Shown: positions 50,701 through 62,700 of the stretch, piece by piece | Layout: each line of letters starts with the position of its first letter | How positions within the stretch are numbered: the first letter of the stretch is position 1 | Assembly (NCBI RefSeq): GCF_018977255.1 | Contig: NW_024704743.1 | Span: forward strand, 93,932,001 to 93,996,000 | Length of the DNA stretch: 64,000 nt | Direction of reading: 5' to 3' | Origin: Callorhinchus milii | Lineage: Eukaryota | Notes under the pieces: generated by a model | Databases searched by the model: none | Told to the model about the DNA's origin: nothing | Seen by the model: only the letters and a program-made list of their open reading frames with translations | Made by a program: the position numbers and the translations under genes

Positions 50701-53700
50701 GGCTGATCAAAAAAAAATATTGTTTTCCAAGGTGGATTTGTGGCAATCTGGATCAGGGAAGTTGGTGGGGGGGAGGTGGAACTAAGAAAGAGAAAACTTT
50801 TCCTCAGCAATAGTTCCCACAATGGTTTTGCCCACAAATATATGGTCAATTCACTTTACAGCATATTCTGTGAAGCGCTTTGAGATGTCTAGAAGACGTG
50901 AAAAGTGCTATATCAAATGCAAGGATTATTATTATTATTATCCAGATTTCTCAAACCAATCCATGAATTGGTGGGAGCCACAGAGGTGATGGCTGTACAA
51001 AACTATGTGTCTAGAGACACACAATCTCTATCCCACTAATTTCTGTCCCATCTTCAGGTCGCGCCTGAAGACCTTCCTATTCGACCAAGCCTACCATCAC
51101 CTCCTCTTCCCCCCAGCTTGGTATCATGCTCCACCACTGTCAAGCGCTCCTGGACGCTACCCCGCGTGAGGGCCGTTATATAAATGCAGGTTGTTGTTGT
51201 AGGGACAAAGCCTGGGTTGAGGCATGCAATGAATAACCAATAAGTAACAATTATCTTTTTGGGGGCGGAAAATAAAAATCAATTTTACTGGGAAATGAAC
51301 CTTTTTTTGAGGGAGGGACATGCTAGCACAGGAAAAGCATAGAAAACATTTCGGAAGGCAACGACAGGAAGATTTACTGTTCAATTAAGTAATGAAGTGA
51401 CTCTCTTTGATTTTGCTTTATCAGGGCTCGGGTGATGTCAGCAATGGAAATGTGATCCCCACGTCTGATCCAGCAGCAGATCTGCAACCAGTGAAACCTA
51501 AAGACTTCACCGCCTTTGTCAATCTGGTACAGTTCTCCACGTAAGTATGTGGAACTTCCGAGGAAATTTGTTGTAAACTCTTATGAGTGAGAAGAGAATA
51601 GAGAGGTACAGGAGAAGCATTCGCCTACAGAACACTCAGTCTCAACATTTTACAGTAAAACGTGTGAAATTCTTTGAGATGTCCTTCCAATATGAAATGT
51701 GCTTTCTGAAATGCAAGGATTATTATTATTATAGGATGGGTGGAGGCACGTGTGGAGTATAATCACTGGCACGGACTAGTTTCGGTGCCCCATCCTTACA
51801 TGTAATGCCATGAATGCTTTAATGAAAGCATCCAAAAGAGATCAGTTCAATCCTAATTATTTGTGGTTTGTTAGTGGTGATGGATGTTGTGTACTTCACA
51901 AAGCATTTNAAAAAAAGCTAGTTAAGTATCATTTTCAATGTTTTTGACATACGTAAAATAATGGTTTGTTAATTTCTTGCTAATTGTCTGCAGTATTTAG
52001 TGACTTTTGTGGGGTTAACCCTTCACCGTTAAGGTGATGGGAGTCCTAGCTGAGAACACATCGTAATAACTACCTTAAAAAAATCCTCCTAATCTCCACC
52101 TTTACTGCTTTGCTAATTATCTTAAATTGATGCTCTCTAGTCACTGACTCAACAACCAGTGGAAATAATTTTTCCTCATCTTCTGCTGTCTTGTAGTAGT
52201 TTATAGTTGTAGTATTTTTATGCTTTTTTTTAAAACAATATTGCTGTGAACTTTTCAATCAGCGAGCTGTTATTAGAAAGACATGAGGAATTCTTTGATC
52301 AGTGGGTGTACCGATTTGGATACGAGCTCATCCTGCGATCAACCCAGTTTCCTCTTGTCAGTGGATTCTACAAGCTTCTATCAGCTACAATGAAAATTGC
52401 CAAGAAAATTAATTATTTTAAGGTAACAATGCAATGTATTTAATTTCTTTCTTCCTTATTCCCCCCCCCCACTGGGTTTTTGGTCACTTTGTAAAAAGAA
52501 CTCTGCCTATATAAGCGCTCTGGGACGCCATTGGGTGTGGAGGGCGCTATATAAATGCAAGTTGTTGTTGTTGAACTGCTAGACGTGGATGAGTGGACAG
52601 GCAGACATCTGCCGTGCTGTTGTGTGATGATAATAATAATAATCATATTTGTTAGATAATAATTACATTTGTTAGAAAATAATATTCAAGATCAGGATTT
52701 TTTTAACTGGAAGTTATTTTGCCTTTATTTGTTTTTCTGCTAAATATATTTTGCAAAGGAGGAAAGCATGTGACTGCTGCACTGAGGACATTCTGCTGCT
52801 ATGTTGGTGTATTTTTGCACTAATTATAGTTATAATGGGGTGGAATTTTTTTTTGCCAGGGTGTCAGCACAAATACTTGGAAACAATGTCACACGGATCC
52901 CGAAAAGTGTGCCTGCTTCGCATTATTTGGAAAATTTGGAAAGGAGGTAAGCACTGGAGTTTATCCCAGTTACTTGTTGAGTATTTTTGAAACTACAGAA
53001 AGAGATGGAAGATTTGCGAGATCTGATTCCTGAGAGACCAGGAAAATCCTGTGAGCACTCCCCACAGACGAACATGGTATAATTTTTGGCACCTTGACTG
53101 GGATTCTCTCCCATATGCATAATAATAAACCTTGCATTTGATTTATCGCCTTATGACATTGAAACCAATTTTATTTGGGGGAATGTTGGCCAGGACACCA
53201 GAAACTCTTTTTTAGAATAGTGCCAAGGGCTCTTTAACGTTTACCTGAACAGACAGATGGGGCCTCGTTTTGACGTCTCACCTGAAGGATGGCACCTCGG
53301 CAATGCAGCACATTTCCAGCACTGCATTGGAGTGTCATCTTAGACTTATATGAGTTCCAAGTCCTGACCAGGGGCTTTGAACCCACAATCTTCTGACTCA
53401 GAGGCGAGAGTGCTACCAACTGAGACGTTGACACTTGAATAAACAGAGGAGAGATAAAGTGATTTTATGAATTTAATAGGCAAAATGTAATGCCTCAAGA
53501 AGGATCTATGAAATGATAGAGCATCAAATTTACTTCAAGCGCTCCGAGATCCTGTCTGACAGGTAGAACACTACATAAATGCAAGTTGTTGTTGTGCAGA
53601 ATGGGTCTTGAAGAAGGATGTGGAGATTGCAGGATACAAACAGTATGGAATAAGATGTTGGTGGACAAAAAAGGAGAAAAAAAAGTTTGTACATTATAAC

Positions 53701-56700
53701 ATTGCCCAGGGAAACCATGCACTCTCAGGATTTTCAACAAAACAAATGGAATGAGGCCGACTTGTTAATGGTGTTGATTAGAAAAGGTCACCTTAACAAT
53801 GATGGATCAAAAGAATGTCATTTTAAAAGCTTACCTCTCCCGATTGTTAATGTAACTGTTTAATTTTATAAAATGCCATTGCAGGCTTGTTCATAATAAT
53901 CCTGAACTGACACTGTTTTATTGGATCACTTCTTGCAGGTGACCATCAGAATGAAGCAGTACAAGGATGAGCTGCTGGTATCCTGCCTGAATTTTGTGCT
54001 TTCTCTTCCTCATGACATAATTGAACTTGATATTAAGGCTTATATTCCTGCTTTGCAGGTTAGTATAATCTTCCACACTTGACTTGCATCACTTGCCCAG
54101 AGAGACTATGAGGTCTAACAAAAGAAACATTTTGTTTAATTGTCAAGTCCCACAAACCCTTCCCTTTGCACAAATAGTTGCCTCTTGAACCCATACAGAC
54201 TGTCTGCTTTAGCGACCGTCCCTTGTAACTTATTCCAAAACACTGTTACCCTTTGAGTAAGAAAAATTCTGACTTTCTTTTTTACTTCCTTATTTTTAAC
54301 TTGAATTTCTCAGTGTTTGAAACCTTCATTATGTTCAACAATTTACACACCTGGCGAATTTCTTTTTGATACATGCGTAAAACCGTCACCAGTATACAAA
54401 CCAAAAATTCCATGCATCCCATCCAGAGATAGTTGTTGGAATGGAATGCGCACTCTCTCCCTGGAAGGACACATCCCACTTCCGGAAAATATTAGGCGCA
54501 GGTGAACCCCAGAGTGTGCGTTGGGATACTGCTGGAGTCTAACCAGATAGCTTGCCATTGATATAGCTGTCCGGCAAGCTTTCCCACTGCTTGATCTGCT
54601 AGGACCACTCTACCCGTTAGGGCTTTGGCTTGCAGGGTTAACAGGAGCTGAGTGGGATGACTCCCTGCCTCCAGTGACTTGTCTGCCCTTGCAGGTCCTG
54701 CCGATGAGCCAGGCTGGCTGTGCTGTTATCAGCAGTGCCCTGGAATACTGTGGACCCGCCTGGCTCAGGACCCGGACTACTGAGATCGTCACAGAGGACT
54801 GGCTCAAATCCAACATTCTGTTGCCAAACATGTCATCTTGGACCTAGTTCAGCTCCAAGGAGACCCAGCTTACCCCCACCCAAGCAGAATAGTCATACCC
54901 AGCAAATTACCCTAAAACATTCACAGTATTATTATTGCTTTGAATGAAGACAGAGTAAAATGAATGACCCTTCAAAGGATTTACTGCACTTTTTATTCTT
55001 TCCCCTTTCAACTAAGGCTGCATTTAAACTGGGCCTTAGCCACACTCCATTGGCTGATGCTGGATTGGATGCACTAGAGGATTGGTCAGCTCATATACCA
55101 AAGCATATCATTCAGCCTCACTACAAGGACATTCTGCCACACCTGGATGGTTACCTGAAAACAGCAGCTTTCAGTAAGACGCTCTGGTTTGCTCGTCTTC
55201 TATCACTGTATTCAGCCTTGTTACTATGATTTGCATTCTTTAAATACGTTTATACAGAATGGGTAGAACAGAGGGCACGCGGGACATACAGGAGGCCGGA
55301 GCCAGTTGAGCGCAGGCTGTGGGTTGGGGGTAAGCAAGTCAGAGAGGTAGGGAGGTGCCAGGGCATGAAGGGTTTTGAAAACAAGTGTGAGGATCTTGAA
55401 ATCGATCCATTTGGCAACAGGGAGTTAACCCTAACTCTAAGTGGAGCCTGGCAAAAACTAGTTTGATGGTGGTACAGAGTTTAATGCAGGTGAGTATGTG
55501 GGCAGCAAAGTTTTGGATCAGCTGGATCCCGTGCATGGTGGAGCTGGGGAGACCGACAAAGAGGGTATTTGAGAAGTCGAGTCTGGTCTGCAGCAAACGC
55601 ACATTAACGGAATAAGATGCTGGCATTCAAGAAAATATCTGGTGGGAAAAAAGTTTGTACAATAGAATGTTACGCAGCAAAACTGTTGGAAATGGATGAT
55701 GTGAGCAATTTCAAGAAGAAATTAGGTAATTTTTGTGAGAGTGAGAGGCATGGGGTATGAAATTGTGACTGGCTAGGGAGTTGATAGTGGTGCATGTTTC
55801 TGCAATAATTTTGCAATGATAAAGGATGGAAAACTGTTCTTATAGTGTATTATTGCTATGGGGCTGCAGCTTTTCAGCTGAATTATTCCTTAAAACGATG
55901 AAGGGTTTGCTTAGAATCAGAGAATGAAAGATGGAATAGAAAGGATCATATGGAATAGCCAGCAACAACAATAACAAGATTACATTTGTATAGCGCCTTT
56001 CACGTCAACAGCTCAATAAAGAAGTGAAGACAGTGGGGTGGGATCCAAGAATTAGCTAAACATTTTCATGAAGTGGCTTTCTTCATAACTGTGCGCTTGA
56101 GTGTAGAATCACAACTTTGCACCATAGAAGGAGGTACTACAGCCCACCAATCTGTGCTGATGCTGATTCCCACACTGAGGCTATCCACTCTAATCCCATT
56201 CCCAGCTCTTTGACTAGACCCTGTAATATTAAGGGGTATGTTTGCATGTTAAATTCTGATGGGTTTGTGCTGTAGTCCTTCATCCCAGGAAACCTGTCTG
56301 TGATCTAAAGGTCTGCAAAATGGTCATTGCAATTAATTATTTTGGAATTCTGGTGCCAGTGGATCACAATGGAAATGTAGGAATAAAAAGTGGATTTCAC
56401 GGCTAATAGGTGTTTTAATTGCGAAATGTTTATCACCTTTTATTAGACGAGGCTCAGAACAACTGGGAAGGGATGAACATTAATAATCCGTCACGCAAAG
56501 GAGGAAGCAAGGTTCTTTTTCATCATACAAAGAAAAGCAAAGAGTTTCTTGTGGTGAGTTAAATCCTTCAAGGCATGGATTAGGTGAGCAGAGTGCATCG
56601 CTCAGGGGATAGAGTGAGCATTCCATTCCAGAAGTAAGAAGATTTCCATGCGTAGGTGACATGCACATTAGGAATTCTCAGTCTGATTTGTATACTCTTA

Positions 56701-59700
56701 AGCATGATGATGGGTTTCCATATGTGTTAGATACTCAGCCGACCAAAATAAAGATATGGTATATGTGTTACGTGTGTGTGTATATATATATATATATATA
56801 TGTCTGAACTGATTAAATAGGACTTACATATCCAGACTGCACATGGAGTGAACATACAGACTCTTATCAAAGATGAAAAATCTGGGAGAGAATAGATGAA
56901 AAGAGCTTGAATACTAACAAATGTCTATTCATTCAGAATTATCAGAGCTTGTGTCTGTTGAACCTGCAAGGAAAACATAATGCATTACACAAATATTATG
57001 TCTCTTTGAGTGCCTTTTATTGCTGAATCTCGTTACTTTTTTTTTTGCAACCCACAGAGCGAGGATTCCGCCATCACAGCTGTGAGGCGCAGGATAGTGC
57101 GGCTGCTCGGGTCTCTCGGAGGACAAAATAACCGAAGTTTAGTAACAGGTGGGTATGAGGACAGCTGTGAACAGGGGCTTATCAGATCAAAGCACAGCAG
57201 TTCAACCAAGAAGGACGTTTCAAGCCTTCCGTTCAATGTATAGCTGTCCTAGATTGTTTTTTGCCTGGATTTTGACAGACATATTAGAAATATATCCAAG
57301 TCACTTTTTTAATCTGCCAGTTTCAATTATCCATTTAAGGACAGGGGTTGGGTGGGGGAGGGGAGAGAGAGATAGGGGTTCTCTCAGTCATTGAAGTGTT
57401 TTGCTTTTTAGAAGTTCATGAAAAGTTGGCATACATTGCAATGAAAATTAGTTACTTTTAGAAAAATATATTTTTAGAAATTTGTCTTTTTGGGAACAAG
57501 ACTTTAGGTAAGTATTTACTAAGCAGAGGGTAGAATACAAGTTGGGTTATAGAGTGTATCTGCTTGCTTTTGTGCTGCACAGAAACCATCAGGGAAAGTT
57601 GGAGAACTACTTTTTTGCAGTAGATGCTTATCTATACTCTCTCCCTTGAACCCCTCAATTGACTATCTATGGAGTTATGAGGCAGTTGGCTCCATTCTTT
57701 CACAACCTTTTTTTCCCCTCTGCCCTTACTTATGTTGGCTTATCTCTGATTTTTATGTTATGTCCTTGTGTCCTCTTCAGAAAGAAGTTGTTTTTGGAGA
57801 AAGAAAACTCTTATCAATGTTTTTATTGTAAAGTTAACTTCTGCAAAAGTATTTCTGTGTTTGTTTTCCACCTGGCTGCCACAGCCGTTTCTGCAGAGGA
57901 AATGATGAAGAGGTGCATTGCCTGGGTCACAGAGAAGCCGCTGAGTTTTGCAGTTCCTTTCATGGATATGAAGCCCATCATATATTTGGATTCATTTATC
58001 CCACGTATCTCAGAGCTAGCACTCTCTGCCAGTGACAGACAGACAAAGGTAGTCAGTCAACCACACAATTTGCGTTCCATGTTGCATACCTTTGCTAAAT
58101 TCACTCATTTAACATTAAAACAAACTGCGTCTAGATGTGAATATAAATGTTGGTTATATTCTGGTCGAACGTGATCCTTTTCCTTAGTGACTAAGTAACA
58201 TTGCCAACTTGATAATTAAGTCGCTGCTCCTACAAGTAATCCCTATACTGACATGGGGTAACCACATTTTCACTGATTAACACAACAGTTTGGATTTTAT
58301 ATATTTAATATACATAGGATCATAGAAAGCTGACTAGTCAATTTCTTTTTTAAAAAATTCAGTCTTTATGTATTTATTGCTCCATTTTAAAACTTGCTTT
58401 GTGAAGCTACAGTTTCTGAAGTCTACTTTACAGACTAATTATATAATAATAATAATCCTTGCATTTGATATAGCACTTTTCACGTCTTCTAGACATCTCA
58501 AAGTGCTTCACAGAATATGCTGTAAAGTGAATTGACTGTATATTTTTGGGCGAAACGCGGCAGCCAATTGCGCACAGCAGTGTCCCACAAACAGTCGTGG
58601 ATTGAAAATAACCAATTTATTATTGTTTTGTTTTGGAATGATTATTATTAGGAGTGTGGAGTAAGGAAACTTGCCCAAGGTTTTGCCCTCTGCCTGGAAT
58701 TGAACCCAGGTGTCTCGCTTGCAAGGCGAGTGCTCTAACTACTGAGCTACAGGACTCCACATATAATAATAACAGAGTAACAATTTCAGGCAAGATAGAT
58801 TTGTACAGCCAAATCCATCTAATCTCCCACCAGGTTATCTTTCATTTCACAAACTGACTGTAAGGAGGGCAGTTATGTGCATGTTGAAAGTGTGCTAGAC
58901 AAGAGACTTAACACAGATACCCAATTAGATACAACATTTCGTAAATTAGTGCTAAACTCTTTTATGATGGCTTAAAATATATATTTGAGTTCCTGGTACA
59001 TTAAAACAATTCCCCGGTTACAAAACTTGCAGGTTGCAGCTTGTGAACTGTTGCACAGTGTGGTTGCCTATACGCTAGGCAAAGGATCCCAGATTTCTGA
59101 AGGACAACAAGAAACATTGTACAAGCTGAACAGACAGTTGTTTCCAGTCTTGCTTCGTCTTGGTTGTGATGTAGATACGGTAAGAAAACAATTAGCCCCT
59201 AATGCAAGACTGTTCCTTTATTATCTTCGCTCCCGTCCTGTCATGAGCAGCTCCCTATCCACCCCAGCTCCTGGCCTTAACCAGACTTCCTGGTAACCTG
59301 TTCCAGGTGTTATTTACCCTCTGGGTAAAAAAATGCTTCTTGGCATCTCTTTGCCCTTTCCGACTCTATGAACTTGTGTCCTTGTGTTCTATTGTCTAAG
59401 TGCATTTGAAATTCTTCACATGATTTGATTAGGATGATTCTCCCTGCACTAGATTTACTTGGTGATGGAGTATGAGTGAAACCCTTGTCTTTCCTCTTGA
59501 CTGCAGGTAACCAGACAATTGTTTGAGCCACTGGTATTACAGCTAATCCACTGGTTCACGAGCAATAGGAAGTTTGAAAGTCGGGATACCGTGGCGATGC
59601 TTGAAGCTATTCTGGTAATGATAGTTCATTTCATTTGAGCTGAAAGAATAATCTTGCGCACAAAGTGATCATAAATTTATAGTATTTGTACTTGTAAAAT

Positions 59701-62700
59701 CCAGGGCTTCAGAGGAGCTTGGTGAATAGCTGAATAATGGATGTGTGGGACTGGAAATGCACTAGGTCATTCAATGATGTGCACATGGGCCAGCATTCAG
59801 TAAATCCTGTATAGTACTTTTAATAATCCATACATTTGGTATAGCAACTTTAAAGTTGGAAGGATGTCTCAAAGCACTTAACAGCGTACACTGTAAAGTG
59901 CAGTAACTGTTGTACGAGTGAACGCAGTAGCTAATCTGCGCACAAACAGCAATGAAGTGATTTGGGGGAATAAAAATATTTGGGTGATTATTGGCCAGGA
60001 AACTGAAGAAACTCCCTTTCGGTAGACAACAGCTGATATGGTTGGTAATGTTGGGCCATGTACGTATTCTTTTCTGAGGAGTTTAAAGAATTGTAATTAA
60101 TTTCTAATTAAATGATCCCGTACAAATACACTTTTTACAGAAGCACTTTGAAATGATCGTGACATTACAGGCCCCATGTAAAGATTATTGTCATCATTAT
60201 TATTATAATAATTAAGAATTCCCATTAACTTTTTAAGATTTTGGTACATATTGGTGTCACCCGCAGACATGGGTAGACTTCCACATGTATGCGGATGACA
60301 CACAAATTTACTTCTCATCCAGCTGCGACTCCAGGTCCACTGTCTATCAGCTTGTTTGTCGGACATCAAGACCTGGATGAATGCAAACTTCCTGCAGCTG
60401 AACTTCAACAAGACGGTAGCCATACTCCTTAGCTCCTGTCAACTTCTCTCCTGCGACTCTTGAATGCTTTGAAGAAGATTTGCTGGAGAAAGTGCTGCTT
60501 ACACTGCAAGCACTTTAGTTGGAGGCAGCCAGCTACGATTCCTCTAGAGTATTTTGTGAATATCAAAGAACCCAATACAGGCAGTAAATGGAAATGTTTA
60601 ATAATAAGCTTGGACAATTCCATGTTGAACTAAGTGTGATTTGATGCTGACGATTATAGAGCATTGAAGTGGTTGCACTCAAACAGTGCAGGTAGCTCTG
60701 ATTTATAGAGGAACCAAGCAAGTGGTATGATGACTTGGTGGTGTTGATAAGGCTAAATTAAAATAAGAAAACACTAACCTTCTCAGAAATGTTTAATTTA
60801 TGTTTAGTCGACACGTGCTCTGATATAGGATGGCCTGAAGTGCCATTCTCTTTTCCTTGATTCTGAAAAGCTGCTGAGAAAATTGTGTGATCTTTGATAG
60901 GACGGCATAGTGGATCCCGTGGACAGTACCCTGAGAGACTTCTGTGGGCAATGTGTTCGGGAATTTCTCAAGTGGTCCATAAAACAGACAACCCCAGAGC
61001 AGCAGGCGAAGAGCCCAGCAAATACAAAATCTCTCTTCAAGAGGCTCTACAGCCTTGCTCTGCACCCCAATACATTCAAGCGACTGGGGGCAGCACTCGC
61101 CTTCAATAGCTTATATAGGGAATTCAGGCAAGTCTACTTCGAAACGAGTGTTGATATAATTGCTTGGTATCCGTTCTGATGGCTGAAGTAAAAGTATTTA
61201 CTTTACCCTAGGTTTCAGGATCCTATGACGCTATTGTCTTGGAGTGCTACTAGTTTAATACTAAAACAGATATATATAAAACAATATCTGTCTCTTTGTA
61301 ACTAGTTTGTCACAAAAAAGTAACTCTGCTCCCCTAGTTTGACTTACTCTGCTCTGCACCAATTTTGTAAGGTTAGACTGAGGTGGTTACTGGTTAGTGA
61401 CTGGCTTGCTTAACATTTGGTGCATAGTTCAAAAATAGGAATAGATTGTAAGAGATTAATCATTTTCAATTCTCAATATACCCGTGGACTGAACCCAGAG
61501 TTCTTAAATTATTTCAAAAGGTACTTTGATGGTTGCTTGAACATTACAGATTGTGGGGAGTAAGCAGGAGAGTGAGACTACATTAGGTGACCAAATGGTT
61601 TCTGCACTGTAGCATTCTGTGAATCCATATCCAAGTTGAACATGTACCAGTACTGATACATTAATCAATTTACTTTCTGTTTTATTTGTGAGATGAAGGT
61701 CTTAATTGTTTTTGTGTGTTTAGGGAGGAAAGTGCCTTAGTTGACCAGTTCATCTTTGAAGTGTTAGTTGTGTACGTGGAAAGTCTTGCTCTAGCACACG
61801 CAGATGATAACTCACTGGGTAAGCTGTTTGCTTAATAGTTGCTACATCAACTATAAATAGACTTTCCTGCTTATTTATTTGAATTCAGATGGATAATATC
61901 AATGCTAATTACATCTTGATTTTGTTTCCAATTTCTCCCGATGTTTTTCTCTCATCCTCTTCTAAAGACGGCAATTCGTACTGTGGTACAATCTCACAAG
62001 TACTGGCTGCCCTCGAATAATTTGAATGCTGTAAGGCTATTTGACTGGGGAGAGCATACCACACATTTCACTTAATGCTGCTTGAACTCCTTCCCTATGA
62101 ATAAGGCCAAGTTGCTGTTCAAGTGAATTAGGCCAAGTAATTCTGCCTGAAGCTCATGGAAATCAGGTTCGACCAAGCGGTCATATCATTCGGGCATTAG
62201 GGGTTGATCCATGACATCCGTATATGTAAATGAAATTGATAGCTACAAACTAATGTTTATGTGCCTTTGTGCAGGTACAGTTCAGCAGTGTTGTGACGCT
62301 ATTGATCACCTGAATCGGATCATTAAACAGAAAGCTTCCGCACTGAACAAACCCATCAAAGGACGTGTGCCAAGGTTTGTGTTGTTGCCTTTATCCTAGA
62401 ATTGGATTCCATTCATGTTATGAAAAGGCTGCTGAAGTTGCACAAATTATTCTGTTAGATGTTTATTCAATGTGTTTATAATAAAAGTTTGGTTGCATGC
62501 AAGGTGCTGTGTATCAAGGTGCAGCATGCCTGAGAACTGTCAACCTGTGGCAAGTGCTCATTAAGCAATTGTTTTACAGGTTATGGACAAAGCGTGAGAG
62601 ATAGTGAAAGAATCTGAGAGAGAAAGACTCAAGAGTGAGAGATAGCAATGTAGACATAGACAGGGAATAAGAAAGTCAGGGAAAGGAAGAAAAAAATACA

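Noticed and set aside
51909..51909. Single ambiguous base N
   Set aside because: Assembly artefact beside a homopolymer in an intron; useful only as a sign of imperfect consensus.
54694..54846. Open frame after a good acceptor (ccttgcag) in PRKDC intron 20
   Set aside because: Exons 20 and 21 already join in phase, the peptide is unrecognisable, no clear donor precedes the stop, and it adjoins an old repeat.
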